A stretch of 64,000 bases of DNA from Planctomycetota bacterium (GTDB taxonomy: Bacteria; Planctomycetota; UBA1135; UBA2386): the NCBI GenBank assembly GCA_965223545.1, contig OZ245006.1, forward strand, positions 7,008,001 through 7,072,000, written 5' to 3'. Below the pieces are notes generated by a model that was given only the letters and a program-made list of their open reading frames with translations, had not been told where the DNA came from and did no database searches. Positions within the stretch are counted from its first letter, which is position 1. Each line of letters starts with the position of its first letter. Positions 49,503 through 59,381 of this stretch are shown piece by piece. The position numbers and the translations under genes were made by a program.

Positions 49503-51293
49503 ATGTCTGTGCAGACCTTCGCGGAGCCGGCGCGTGGCTCCAATCCTCGTCTGGGCTGGGCTTGGCCCATGCTCCCCGCCACGGTGGCGATGTTCTGCTT
49601 GACGTCGCTGATCTGCTACCACGTGTGGTGGGACGGCGCGGTCGAAGCCAGCGGCCTCTGGCAGTCGTTGACCGTCGGGATCTACCGATTCTTCGGCTTC
49701 GCGCCCGCCGTCGTGCTGTCGCTCATGGTGTTGGTGTGGAGCACCATCTGGTACGTCAGCGGCGCCATCGAGCGGCCGCTCGCACGCGTGCTCAAGGTGC
49801 TCGCGCTGACGCTGAGTCTGGCGATCGTCACCAGCCTGCGCGCCGACCCGTCCGAGGTCGTGCAGGGTGGCGTGATCGGCGAGTTCTTGGCCGTCCGGCT
49901 GCAGAGCGTGGTCGGGCACACGGTGAGCCTCGTGCTCATCGTGCCGGCCGTGGTGTGTTCGTTCCTGCTGGCGACGGACTTCCTGTTCCACCGCTACTTC
50001 GAGGACGCCACCGTGGACGGCGGCGAAGAGGCTGGTGTCGAGGCCGAGGCGGTTGCCGAGATGCAGGCGTTGCGGCTGGATGGTGCGGGTGCCGCCGTGC
50101 TGGAGCGTCCGGCGCCGGCGCGTCCGCAGGTGGTCGGTGCCGCCGGGGACGAGGAGGAGCGCGCCGAAGAACGTGCCGAAGAGGGCGCCGGCCAGGTCGA
50201 CCGGGAGGAGGCCCTCGGAGACGAGGACGAAGCCGCGGACGGAGACGCCGACGGCGTGATCGAGATGGCGGACGACTCGCCCTACCGGCGGCGCCGATGG
50301 CGCCGCTACGCGCACCTCGTCGTCGACTCGGAGCGGCTCCGCCGACACCCGCGCGGGGATGCCGACGACGAGGACGAGGCCAGCACTGGTGCACCGGCAG
50401 GGCTCGAACGAGAGCAAGCCACCGAGACGGTGACCGTGCTGGGGCGGCGCCGCGCGGCGGCCCTCGACCGGGACGTCGAGGACGTCGAAGACACCGACGA
50501 GCCGGTCGGGATCGCCGAGGTGGGCGAATTGGAGGAAGAGGAGACCGTCGTGCTGGCGGATGGCGATGCGACCGACAGTGAGCTCGGCGAGGGCGAGCTG
50601 GTTGAAGAGGAGCTCGAGGAAGACGTCGAGGACGAAGCCGAAGAGGCGGAAGGCGACGACTACGAGGACGAGGAGTACGAAGAGGAAGAGGACGAAGAGG
50701 AAGACGAGGACGTCGACGACGAGGACGAGGTCGACGAGGAAGACGAGGAAGAATACGAAGACGAAGAGGAAGCCGAAGAGGAAGGCGCCGAGGACGAGCA
50801 GGACGTCGAGCTGAGCTACGAAGAGGATGCCGAGGACGCGGATGAAGAAGACGCGGACGCGGACGACGAGGAGTACGAAGAGGACGAAGACGAGGAAGAG
50901 GCCGAAGTCGAGGACGAAGACGAGTACGAAGAGGACGCCACCGAAGAGGACGCCAGCGACGAGGACGACGTCGACGTCCCACAGGATCCGCGCGCCGGGG
51001 CCGGCACCCCGCGGACCGTCGAAGTGCCCAAGCCAGAGTGGCGCGTCGGTGGTCAGCCGGCCTCGCGGCAGGGCACGCTGTTCGAGGCCGCTGGCGAGGA
51101 CGCGGGGCTGCTGGAGGATGCCACCGACCTCGTCGTGAGCGCCCGGCGCGCCAGCGTTACCCTGCTCCAGCGCCGGCTTCGGCTGAGCTACGTCGATGCC
51201 CGCGATCTGTTGGATGCCCTGCGTGCGCGGGGCGTGGTGGGCGGCGAGCGCGGCGCCCCGCAGGGTGAGGTGCTGGTGGAGTCGGCCTCATAG
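49503..51293 (+). CDS. FtsK-like protein: TM domain + acidic region + gamma domain, no ATPase
   Basis: N-terminal TMs with GGVIGEFLA...LLATDFL; C-terminal LLEDATDLVVSARRASVTLLQRRLRLSY...GVVG; no Walker motifs. Confidence 0.8.
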   Translation: MSVQTFAEPARGSNPRLGWAWPMLPATVAMFCLTSLICYHVWWDGAVEASGLWQSLTVGIYRFFGFAPAVVLSLMVLVWSTIWYVSGAIERPLARVLKVLALTLSLAIVTSLRADPSEVVQGGVIGEFLAVRLQSVVGHTVSLVLIVPAVVCSFLLATDFLFHRYFEDATVDGGEEAGVEAEAVAEMQALRLDGAGAAVLERPAPARPQVVGAAGDEEERAEERAEEGAGQVDREEALGDEDEAADGDADGVIEMADDSPYRRRRWRRYAHLVVDSERLRRHPRGDADDEDEASTGAPAGLEREQATETVTVLGRRRAAALDRDVEDVEDTDEPVGIAEVGELEEEETVVLADGDATDSELGEGELVEEELEEDVEDEAEEAEGDDYEDEEYEEEEDEEEDEDVDDEDEVDEEDEEEYEDEEEAEEEGAEDEQDVELSYEEDAEDADEEDADADDEEYEEDEDEEEAEVEDEDEYEEDATEEDASDEDDVDVPQDPRAGAGTPRTVEVPKPEWRVGGQPASRQGTLFEAAGEDAGLLEDATDLVVSARRASVTLLQRRLRLSYVDARDLLDALRARGVVGGERGAPQGEVLVESAS

Positions 51294-51616
51294 CCGCCCG
51301 TCCGGCGGCGCACCGAGGGCATTGCCGGCGCGGCCGCGCGGAGATCCGGCGGCTTTGCCCGGCCGGTGGCGACTTTCTTGGCTGCCGGTTCTCGTTGTCC
51401 GGCAGTGGTTTGTCCCGGTCTCCACAAGTTGCTCAACTCTCGCCCACAGGGCACCGGCTTGTCTGCCATCGCCGATCGGCTACGACACAGAAGAACGGTG
51501 TTGCGCGCTCTCCGACACCGTCCGTCATGCCGCCGGTGGGCGCTGTTTGAGGCGGGCGGTGTGTGGGCGGAGTGGCGCTCAAGGTTGGGTGCTCCCCAGG
51601 TTGTCGAGGGTGGCGG

Positions 51617-52969
51617 ATGGTGGATTTCAGTGCGGGGCCCGAAGGGCGTGGTGTGCCGCGGAACATGGAGGCGGAGCGCTCGGTGCTGGGTGCGCTCATG
51701 CTGCACAGCTCGGCCGTGGCGGACGTCAGCCACGTCGTCAAACCGGAGGATTTTTACCATCCACCGCATCAGCTGATCTTCCGCGCCATCGTCGAGACCT
51801 ACGACCGTGCTTCGCACACGGACGTGATCTCGGTGGAGGAGGACCTCGACCGCAAGGGGGAGCTGGTCGAGGCGGGGGGGCGCGATGCCCTCCTCGACCT
51901 GGCGCAGTCCGTCGTGTCGGCGGCCGCGGTCAGCTACCACGCCGAGATCGTGCGCGAGAAGGCGATCGCGCGGCGGCTGCTGGAGACGTGTCTGGACCTG
52001 TCGCGCCGCGCCTACGAGAACAGCGCGACCCCCGCCGAGCTCCTCGATGAAGCCGAGCGGCGCATCTTCGAGATCGCCCGGGTCAAGACCGCGGCCGATG
52101 CTGCCTCGATCTCCGAGCTGATCCAGCAGACCTTCGACAAGCTGGAGAAGCTGCGCGACCGCGCAGGGCGGATCACCGGTGTGCCGAGCGAGTACTTCGA
52201 TCTCGACGACATGACGTCGGGTTTCCAGCCCGGCGAGCTGGTGATCCTGGCGGCGCGGCCGTCGATGGGCAAGACCTCGTTCGCGCTGAATCTCACCGAA
52301 CGCGCCTCGACGCGCGGCTACGGTGTCGCGCTGTTCAGCCTCGAGATGTCCAGCCAGCAAATCATCCAGAACATGCTGTGCGCGCGCGCCCAGATCGATG
52401 GCCAGGCGCTGCGGCGAGGCGCAATTACGGTCGATCAGCTGGCGCACCTGCAGGACATGGCGAGCGCTCTGTACGAGGCGCCGATCTTCATCGACGACAC
52501 CGCCGGCCTCACCGTCAGCGCGGTGCGGGCCAAGTGCCGGCGGCTGAAGCAGAAGCACGACATCAAGATGGTGGTGATCGACTACTTGCAGCTGCTGACC
52601 ACCGGCGGCAGAGTGGAGAGCCGACAGCAGGAGATCTCGACGATCTCCCGCACGTTGAAGGCGGTGGCGCGCGAACTCGAGGTGCCGGTCATCGCCCTTT
52701 CTCAGCTCAACCGCGACGTCGAGGCGCGCGACAACAACCGGCCGAGGATGAGCGATCTGCGCGAGTCGGGCGCCATCGAGCAGGACGCGGACGTGATCAT
52801 GCTGTTGCACCGCGAGGAGTACTTCAAACCGACCGAGGACAACCGCGGGCTGGCGCAGGTGATCATCGCCAAGCAGCGCAACGGCCCGACCGGAGAGGTG
52901 ACGTTGCGCTTCTTCCGGCAGTTCATGCGTTTCGAGAACTTCCAGCGCCGGCCGGAGCCGGTGGGTTAG
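51617..52969 (+). CDS. dnaB: Replicative DNA helicase
   Basis: EAERSVLG, AARPSMGKT, FSLEMS, IDYLQL, LRESGAIEQDAD and KQRNGPTG. Confidence 0.97.
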   Translation: MVDFSAGPEGRGVPRNMEAERSVLGALMLHSSAVADVSHVVKPEDFYHPPHQLIFRAIVETYDRASHTDVISVEEDLDRKGELVEAGGRDALLDLAQSVVSAAAVSYHAEIVREKAIARRLLETCLDLSRRAYENSATPAELLDEAERRIFEIARVKTAADAASISELIQQTFDKLEKLRDRAGRITGVPSEYFDLDDMTSGFQPGELVILAARPSMGKTSFALNLTERASTRGYGVALFSLEMSSQQIIQNMLCARAQIDGQALRRGAITVDQLAHLQDMASALYEAPIFIDDTAGLTVSAVRAKCRRLKQKHDIKMVVIDYLQLLTTGGRVESRQQEISTISRTLKAVARELEVPVIALSQLNRDVEARDNNRPRMSDLRESGAIEQDADVIMLLHREEYFKPTEDNRGLAQVIIAKQRNGPTGEVTLRFFRQFMRFENFQRRPEPVG

Positions 52970-52978
52970 AGATCGAGC

Positions 52979-55522
52979 ATGGCGCAGGTGGTGGGCGGGG
53001 CGTTCCTGCCGGCGCTCGGCTTGGCGATGGCGGTGCTGGGCGCGCCGCTTCGCGCGCAGCCGGTTCCTGCACAACCGACCCCGCCGGCGGCGGGCCAGCA
53101 GGATCCCCGCCAGCAGGTCGAGGGGCTGCCGATCCGCTCGATCCGCATCGAGGGGGCGCGCGACGAGGAGGCCGTCCGCCGCCTGTTCCAAACCAGGGTG
53201 GGTGAGCCGCTGCGGGGTGCGGTGGTCGCCGAGGATCTGCGCAATCTGTGGAAGCAGCAGCGCTACCAGGTGACCGCGTGGGCGGCACCGACGCCGGACG
53301 GCGGCGTGGCCGTCACCTTCGAGGTGGTCGAGCCGTTCAGCTACGAGAACGTCGAGTTCTTGGGCATGGAGCGCTACACCGAGCAGGAAGCGCGCCAGAT
53401 GATCGACATCATCGGCGCGCAGCGCACCACCAGCACCGATGCGGACGACCACCGGCGCATCCTGTTGCAGCGCTACCGGCGCGACGGCTACCACTACGTC
53501 AGCATCCAGCTCGAGAAGGACGAGGAGACCAGCACGCTGCGCTTCGTCATCGACGAGGGGCCCGAGGTCGTCGTCCGCGAGGTCCACATCATCGGCAACA
53601 CCGCGTTTCCGGCCGACGCGCTGTGGGGACCCGACCTGATCGGCGGCGCCGAGCTGGAGAGCAAGCCGGCCAACTTGATCCGCGGCGTGCCCTTCAGCGA
53701 GGAGGTCGTCGACGAGGACGTGCAGCGCTTGCAGTGGTTCTACCGGGCGCGCGGCTACCGGGATGCGCGCGCGTTCCTCGCCGCGGTCGAGTTCACGCAA
53801 GCCCAGGACGAGGTCGATCTGACCCTTCGCGTCATCGAAGGACCGCGCTACAAGGTGCGCAGCGTGTCCATCGAGCACTTCGACGGGCTCGAGCCGACGG
53901 CGGAGCACCTGTATCCGCCCGAAGAGATCCTCGCCCGGCTCCAGCTCAAGCCCGGCGACGATTACGACCGCGACCTCGTCAACCGCGACAAGCGCGAGAT
54001 CGAGCGCTACTACGGCGAGCGCGGCCATCCGATGCAGGGTCGCTACGGCGCGGCGCCGTTGGTCGACGCGTTCGAGTGGGCGACGCAGAACTGGATGCAG
54101 CCGCGGGAGACGTTCGTCGAAGGCGCCGCCGAGATCGACCTGGTCTATCAGATCGTCGAGGGGTCGCCCAAGACGCTGCGCGACGTCACCATTCGCGGCA
54201 ACACCGACACCCAGGACCGGGTGGTGCGGCGCCGCGTGCAGGTGCGGCCCGGCGAGCAGCTGGACCTGAGCCAGGTCGACCGCTCGATCCAGCTGCTGTC
54301 GTCGCTGCGCTACTTCAACGACCCCGACACTCTGGTCGGGCCGCGCTTCGAGCTGCGGCCGGTGAGTGGCTCGCCCGATGTCGTCGACCTCGAGATCGAG
54401 GTGGCGGAGGGTGACACCGGCTCCTTCATCTGGGGAGCCGGTGTCAGCACCGGCGCCGGCGTGCAGGCGCGGTTCCAGCTGACCAAGCGCAACTTCGACC
54501 TGTTCCGCCTGCCCAGCTCTCCGGGCCTGTTCACCCTGTTCGACGAGATCACCACCAACAAGGCCTTCCACGGCGCCGGCCAGGAGCTCGAGCTGCTGGC
54601 GGCGCCCGGTACCGAGATCAGCACGTTCCGGCTGTCGTTCTACGAGCCGGACTTGTTCCGCGATCACGTCGACACCATCGGGCTGCGCGTGCAGGGGTTT
54701 CGCAGCATCCGCATCCTCGACTCGTTCGACAGCGACTCGCGCGGCCTGATCGTCGGCCTGCAACGCAACTTCACCGAGTCGGTGTCCCTCGGCGTCTCGC
54801 TGCGGCAGGAAACCACCGAGGTCGAGAGCGTCGACGCCAACGCCCCGGGCATCGTCTTCGACGCCGAGGGCCAGACCGAGATCCGCAGCGGCGCCATCCA
54901 GCTGTCGCTCCGGGACCTCGACGACTTCTTGTTTCCCAGCACCGGGTACGACGTTCTCGCCAGCGCCGAGATCGCCGGCGGACTGCTCGGCGGCGAAGAG
55001 GATTTCTACAAGCTGCGGTTGCGCGGTGAGTGGTTCCACCGCCTGGCGGTCGACGAACTCGAGCGGCCGCACGTGCTGCACCTGCGGCAGGACTTCGAGT
55101 ACGGCCACGCCTACTCGAACACCGACGATCTGTTCCTGACCGAGCGCTTCTACATGGGCGGCACCAATCTCCGTGGCTTCGACCAGCGCCGCGCCGGCCC
55201 GACGCAGTTCGGCCGTCCCCTGGGCGGCGAGGCCATGCTGCTGCTGCGCTCCGAGTACCTGTTCCCGCTGGTGTCCACCAGACAACAGCGCGCCATCCGC
55301 GAGGTCGAGCTCCTGCGCGGCGTGGTGTTCGCCGACGCGGGCCTGCTCGGCACCGGCATCGACGACGCCAGCTTCGGCGAGCTGCGCGCCAGCGTCGGAT
55401 TCGGGTTGCGGATCCACGTGCCGATTCTCGGTGTCCCCATCGCCCTCGACTTCGGCTTCCCGATCTCCTACGAGGGCACCGACGACCGGCAGGTGTTCAG
55501 CTTCTCGCTTTCGTCGCGCTGA
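52979..55522 (+). CDS. bamA: Outer membrane protein assembly factor
   Basis: POTRA repeats (IDEGP, IRGNTDTQDRVVRR); ERFYMGG.NLRGF; PIALDFGFPI. Confidence 0.9.
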   Translation: MAQVVGGAFLPALGLAMAVLGAPLRAQPVPAQPTPPAAGQQDPRQQVEGLPIRSIRIEGARDEEAVRRLFQTRVGEPLRGAVVAEDLRNLWKQQRYQVTAWAAPTPDGGVAVTFEVVEPFSYENVEFLGMERYTEQEARQMIDIIGAQRTTSTDADDHRRILLQRYRRDGYHYVSIQLEKDEETSTLRFVIDEGPEVVVREVHIIGNTAFPADALWGPDLIGGAELESKPANLIRGVPFSEEVVDEDVQRLQWFYRARGYRDARAFLAAVEFTQAQDEVDLTLRVIEGPRYKVRSVSIEHFDGLEPTAEHLYPPEEILARLQLKPGDDYDRDLVNRDKREIERYYGERGHPMQGRYGAAPLVDAFEWATQNWMQPRETFVEGAAEIDLVYQIVEGSPKTLRDVTIRGNTDTQDRVVRRRVQVRPGEQLDLSQVDRSIQLLSSLRYFNDPDTLVGPRFELRPVSGSPDVVDLEIEVAEGDTGSFIWGAGVSTGAGVQARFQLTKRNFDLFRLPSSPGLFTLFDEITTNKAFHGAGQELELLAAPGTEISTFRLSFYEPDLFRDHVDTIGLRVQGFRSIRILDSFDSDSRGLIVGLQRNFTESVSLGVSLRQETTEVESVDANAPGIVFDAEGQTEIRSGAIQLSLRDLDDFLFPSTGYDVLASAEIAGGLLGGEEDFYKLRLRGEWFHRLAVDELERPHVLHLRQDFEYGHAYSNTDDLFLTERFYMGGTNLRGFDQRRAGPTQFGRPLGGEAMLLLRSEYLFPLVSTRQQRAIREVELLRGVVFADAGLLGTGIDDASFGELRASVGFGLRIHVPILGVPIALDFGFPISYEGTDDRQVFSFSLSSR

Positions 55523-55616
55523 GCGTCGGGGGCCGAGGATGTTCGAGCGGCGAGCGGCACAACCTGTCGGAAGGCTCGATGCCGCTGGAACTTCGACAAC
55601 GCAACTCCCGGAGGCT
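55518..55616. repeat. Left part of repeat locus B
   Basis: GCTGAGC...GAAGGCTCGATGCCGCTGGAACTTCGACAACGCAACTCCCGGAGGCT, homologous to 4806-4898. Confidence 0.9.
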
Positions 55617-55982
55617 TCCATGAGAGGGGCGATCCCGTCAACAGCTCTTTGTCTGTGGATCTGTTCTTCTTGAGAATCTGGGCGCCTTGGCGCCGCCCTG
55701 CGCGACAAGCTTCGGACTCCGCAGGCTTCCATACGCACTCTGATGGCCTCGTCCGAGACCGGTGCACGATGAGATCCGTCCGACCCGGCGCAGCTTTCTT
55801 CCATGAGAGGGGCGATCCCGTCAACAGCTCTTTGTCTGTGGATCTGTTCTTCTTGAGAATCTGGGCGCCTTGGCGCCGCCCTGCGCGACAAGCTTCGGAC
55901 TCCGCAGGCTTCCATACGCACTCTGATGGCCTCGTCCGAGACCGGTGCACGATGAGATCCGTCCGACCCGGCGCAGCTTTCT
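55615..55982. repeat. Exact tandem duplication, period 183 bp, of the IS right end
   Basis: 55615-55799 equals 55798-55982, overlapping at CT. Confidence 0.93.
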
Positions 55983-56080
55983 CGATAACGGCCTCGAGGG
56001 CCAAGCCTCCGGTCGCTGTCGCCGGGATCGGGCGGTGAGTCTTCAGCAGTGCAGGAGCGGCATCACGCCAGGTTCCTCCA
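55880..56080 (-). ncRNA. Predicted bridge/seek RNA of IS1111-type element 2 (boundaries approximate)
   Basis: Stem-enclosed loop with CCGGAGGCU (56004-56012) and UCGAG (55981-55985) matching the target; second loop with AUCUCAUC and AUGGAAG matching the circle junction. Confidence 0.75.
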
Positions 56081-57068
56081 CGGTATTCGGTTGGTTGGGG
56101 GTGGGGCGATCATGGTTGGGTCATACCGCGGTGTGGGCAGCTACGCGGTCGCTGTTGTGGAGTGGGTCGTAGACCAAGCCATGACGCCACAGCCGATGCA
56201 GCAGTAGCGCGAGCTTGCGGGCAACCGCGACCGCCGCGCGTTTCCTCGCGCCGCGGCCGCCGCGGGCGATCAGGCGTTGCCCGAAGCGCCGGAGGTCACA
56301 GTCCTTGCCGAACGGGCCGAGGATGTAGTGCGCACACTGCACCAGAAGCCGTCTCAGATAGCCGTCGCCAGCCTTGCTGATCGACAGCTCCGGATTGCTG
56401 TCGCCCGACGCGAAGCTCTTTGGGCACAAGCCGAGCCAGGAGCCCACGCGGCGGCTTTCGGCGAATCGTGTCGGATCCTCGATCGTCAGCACGAACGCGG
56501 TCGCTGTGACCGGCCCCACGCCGTTGACTTGCTGCACGACGGCGACCTCGGGGTATCGCTCGCGGCTCGCCTCGACGAGCGCCTTGTCGAGCTCGTCGAT
56601 CCGGCGGGACAGGTCGGCGATCAAGTCCAGCAGCGGCTCCGCCGCAGTGAGTAGCAGGACCGGCATGGACTCGCGAGCTCGCTTCGGGAACGCCGCGGTC
56701 GATGCCGACGGCAGCCGGACGCCGAAGCCCTTCGCCAGGCTCCGGACCTGCTGCACTGCCATCGTCCGCATCCTCACCAGCAGGTCGCGCGCACGAATGA
56801 CCGACAGGTCGGCCTGTGCCTGCTCGCTGCGGTGGTGGATCGTGCCGAGCAACTCGGGCATCCCTGCCTCCAGGCGAGCCAGGGTCTCGGCATCGCGCCG
56901 GTCGGTCTTGCGAGGATCCTTGGCGATCAGCTGCACTCGGCGCGGGTCCACGACGTGAACGTCGTAGCCCTCCGAGCGCAACCGCCGAGACATCCAGGCC
57001 GACTGCGAGCCGTAACTGTTCCGGCAACCACGTCTGCAAACGCTCGAGTCGTTCGCCACGATGCGGCC

Positions 57069-57398
57069 ATGTCGAAGCGAGCAAGTCGTCGCCGTGAGAT
57101 CCGGCAGGTTCTCGCGCTCCGCGAGCAGGAAGGGTTTTCGCTGCGTGCGCTCTCGGAGCGGTTCGGTATCCCGATCGGGACGCTGAGTTGGTGGTCGCAT
57201 CGGTTGCGATCGGAGGAGAGCACTGGGTTCGCGGAGGTCCGAGTCGTCGATCGCGATGGTCGGGGCCGGACGAGTAACGACGAGGGCGAGAGCTCGAGCC
57301 TTGTGCGGCTCAGGTTCCCGGCGGGCGTCGTCGCGGAGTTCGAGGGCGCGATTGCTCAAGACATCGCGTACCGCTTGCTGGACTCTGTGGCCGACTGA
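57069..57398 (+). CDS. tnpA: IS66 TnpA accessory HTH protein
   Basis: GFSLRALSERFGIPIGTLSWW...FAEVRV. Confidence 0.85.
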   Translation: MSKRASRRREIRQVLALREQEGFSLRALSERFGIPIGTLSWWSHRLRSEESTGFAEVRVVDRDGRGRTSNDEGESSSLVRLRFPAGVVAEFEGAIAQDIAYRLLDSVAD

Positions 57399-57811
57399 TG
57401 CTGGCCTTCCCAGCGGGCGTGCGCGTGTACGTCGCCAACGAGCCAACCGACATGAGGAAGTCGTTCGACGGGCTGAGCGCGATCGTCCAGCACAGCTTTC
57501 ATCGGGATCCGTTCGATGGCGACGTCTTCGCGTTCTTCAACCGGCGTCGCGATCGCGTGAAGATCTTGTTCTGGGATCGCAACGGTTTCTGGATCTCGAT
57601 GAAGCGACTCGAGCGCGGCACGTTTGACAGTTGGCGTCCCAAGAGCGGCGACGCCACACATGTCGAAGTCGAGCGCGCACAGCTCGTGATGTTGCTCGAA
57701 GGGATTGATCTGAAATCCGCCAAGTTTCGTCGGCATTACTCGCGCTCTGTTCGTATCAATGGTCGCGATGGGCGGTCGCAAGCAAACGGTCAACGTCGAC
57801 GCACTGGATGA
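57398..57811 (+). CDS. tnpB: IS66 accessory protein TnpB
   Basis: PTDMRKSFDGL, FFNRRRDRVKILFWD and KRLERGTF. Confidence 0.95.
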   Translation: MLAFPAGVRVYVANEPTDMRKSFDGLSAIVQHSFHRDPFDGDVFAFFNRRRDRVKILFWDRNGFWISMKRLERGTFDSWRPKSGDATHVEVERAQLVMLLEGIDLKSAKFRRHYSRSVRINGRDGRSQANGQRRRTG

Positions 57812-59381
57812 GGCGCAGCTACGTGCCTTGATCCCGGATCTGCTCACGCAGATCTCGTCGCTGAAGTCGCAGATGTCCGACCTTCAGCGCATGCTGTTCG
57901 GTCGCCGCTCGGAGAAGAGCCGCTACATCGACCCGCGACAGCTGCTGCCGTTCGCGCAAGAGGCTGTAGAGGAAGCGGGAGCCGACGCCAAGGCGGCCGA
58001 AGAAGAGGCCGAAGAGATCACCGTCCCCGAGCACAAGCGCAAGCGCACCAAGCGACGCAAGGACTTCCCAGAGCATCTTCCGCGGCAACGCTCCGTATTC
58101 ACGATCGAGGGCGAGGACCTGCTGTGCCCTTGCTGCGGCAACGGCCGTCGGGAGTTCGGCGAAGAGGTCTCGCAGGAGCTCGAGCGCATCGAGCTCTCGT
58201 TCGTCCACCAGATCGTGAGGAAGAAGTACTCCTGCGCGACCTGTCAGGGCTACGTCGTCGTCGCCGCGGGCCCCACCCGAGTCCTCGACAAAAGCATCCT
58301 CGGCCCCGGCTTCCTTGCGCAGATCATCTTCGACCGCTTTGCCAACCACATGCCGTACGCGCGGTTGGAGAAGAAGTACGCAGCCGAGGGGCTCAGCCTG
58401 TCGCGTAGCGTCCTATGCACTTCGGCGATGCGCTGTGCCGAGCTCCTGAAGCCCGTGTTCGATGCCCATGTCGAGCAAGTTCTCGAGAGCCTCGACACCT
58501 CCGTCCTGCAGGTGGACGACACCTACGGCAACCAGCGCAACGGCCGAAACCCCGGACAGAAAAAGATCCACGTGTGGGCGTGGCGCGATCAACACGCCGG
58601 GGTTTTCTACACCGCTACGGACTCACGCAATCGCGGCAGCCCCAAAGAGGTCTTGGGCGACCGCGGTGGTCGGTTGCAGTGCGATGGCCATGACTGCTAC
58701 AGCGATCTCGATCCAACCAGCATCGCGCGCATCGGATGCTGGGCACACCTTCGTCGCTACTTCGTGAATGCGCGGAAGCTCGGCGACTCGACCACGGAGA
58801 AGGCTCTGGGCTGGATCGGCAAGCTGTTCGCGATCGAGAGCGTCGCCAAGAAGGGCAAAGATGGTCGACCCTTCACGGATGACGAGCTGGTCGAGGTCCG
58901 TCAGCGCGACTCTCGCCCGATTGCGAACGCGCTCAAGGCTTGGCTCGAGCAGATGCACATCGACCAGCCGAGCCTCCCGAAGGGGCCGCTCATGGAGGGA
59001 GTTCGCTACGGGCTCAACCAGTGGCCTGCTCTCGAGCGCTTCCTGACCGATGGCCGCATCCGCGAGATCTCGAACAACGGTTGCGAGCGTGCTCTGCGTG
59101 CAGTCGTGATCGGCAAGAAGAACTGGCTCTTCTTCGGATCCGAGGACGGCACCCAAGCTTCACTCATCCTCTTGAGTCTCGTCCAGTCGTGTCGAGAGCA
59201 TGGCATCAGCCCGCTGCTCTACCTGCGGGATGTGCTTCACGCGATCTCGACCACTCCTGCCTCCCAGGTCGGTCAGCTGACTCCGCGTGGCTGGATGCTG
59301 GGACGGCAACGGCGTGCCCAGATCGCCAAAGCCGACAACGCGATCGACAACATCGTGCGTCAGTTGTTCGTGGGCTCGTAG
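57759..59381 (+). CDS. tnpC: IS66 DDE transposase
   Basis: FGRRSEK, Zn ribbon, LQVDDT, LQCDG, CWAHLRR and SNNGCERALR..IGKKNWLF. Confidence 0.95.
   Translation: MVAMGGRKQTVNVDALDEAQLRALIPDLLTQISSLKSQMSDLQRMLFGRRSEKSRYIDPRQLLPFAQEAVEEAGADAKAAEEEAEEITVPEHKRKRTKRRKDFPEHLPRQRSVFTIEGEDLLCPCCGNGRREFGEEVSQELERIELSFVHQIVRKKYSCATCQGYVVVAAGPTRVLDKSILGPGFLAQIIFDRFANHMPYARLEKKYAAEGLSLSRSVLCTSAMRCAELLKPVFDAHVEQVLESLDTSVLQVDDTYGNQRNGRNPGQKKIHVWAWRDQHAGVFYTATDSRNRGSPKEVLGDRGGRLQCDGHDCYSDLDPTSIARIGCWAHLRRYFVNARKLGDSTTEKALGWIGKLFAIESVAKKGKDGRPFTDDELVEVRQRDSRPIANALKAWLEQMHIDQPSLPKGPLMEGVRYGLNQWPALERFLTDGRIREISNNGCERALRAVVIGKKNWLFFGSEDGTQASLILLSLVQSCREHGISPLLYLRDVLHAISTTPASQVGQLTPRGWMLGRQRRAQIAKADNAIDNIVRQLFVGS

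Noticed and set aside
51617..52969. Intein in DnaB
   Set aside because: Normal length (~450 aa) with contiguous motifs.
51188..55921. 1577-aa minus-strand ORF
   Set aside because: Antisense shadow of dnaB and bamA in high-GC DNA.
57012..57446. N-terminus of ORF 56121-57446 as a novel transposase domain
   Set aside because: It is IS66 antisense sequence read in frame; the real N-terminus is at 59503-59696.
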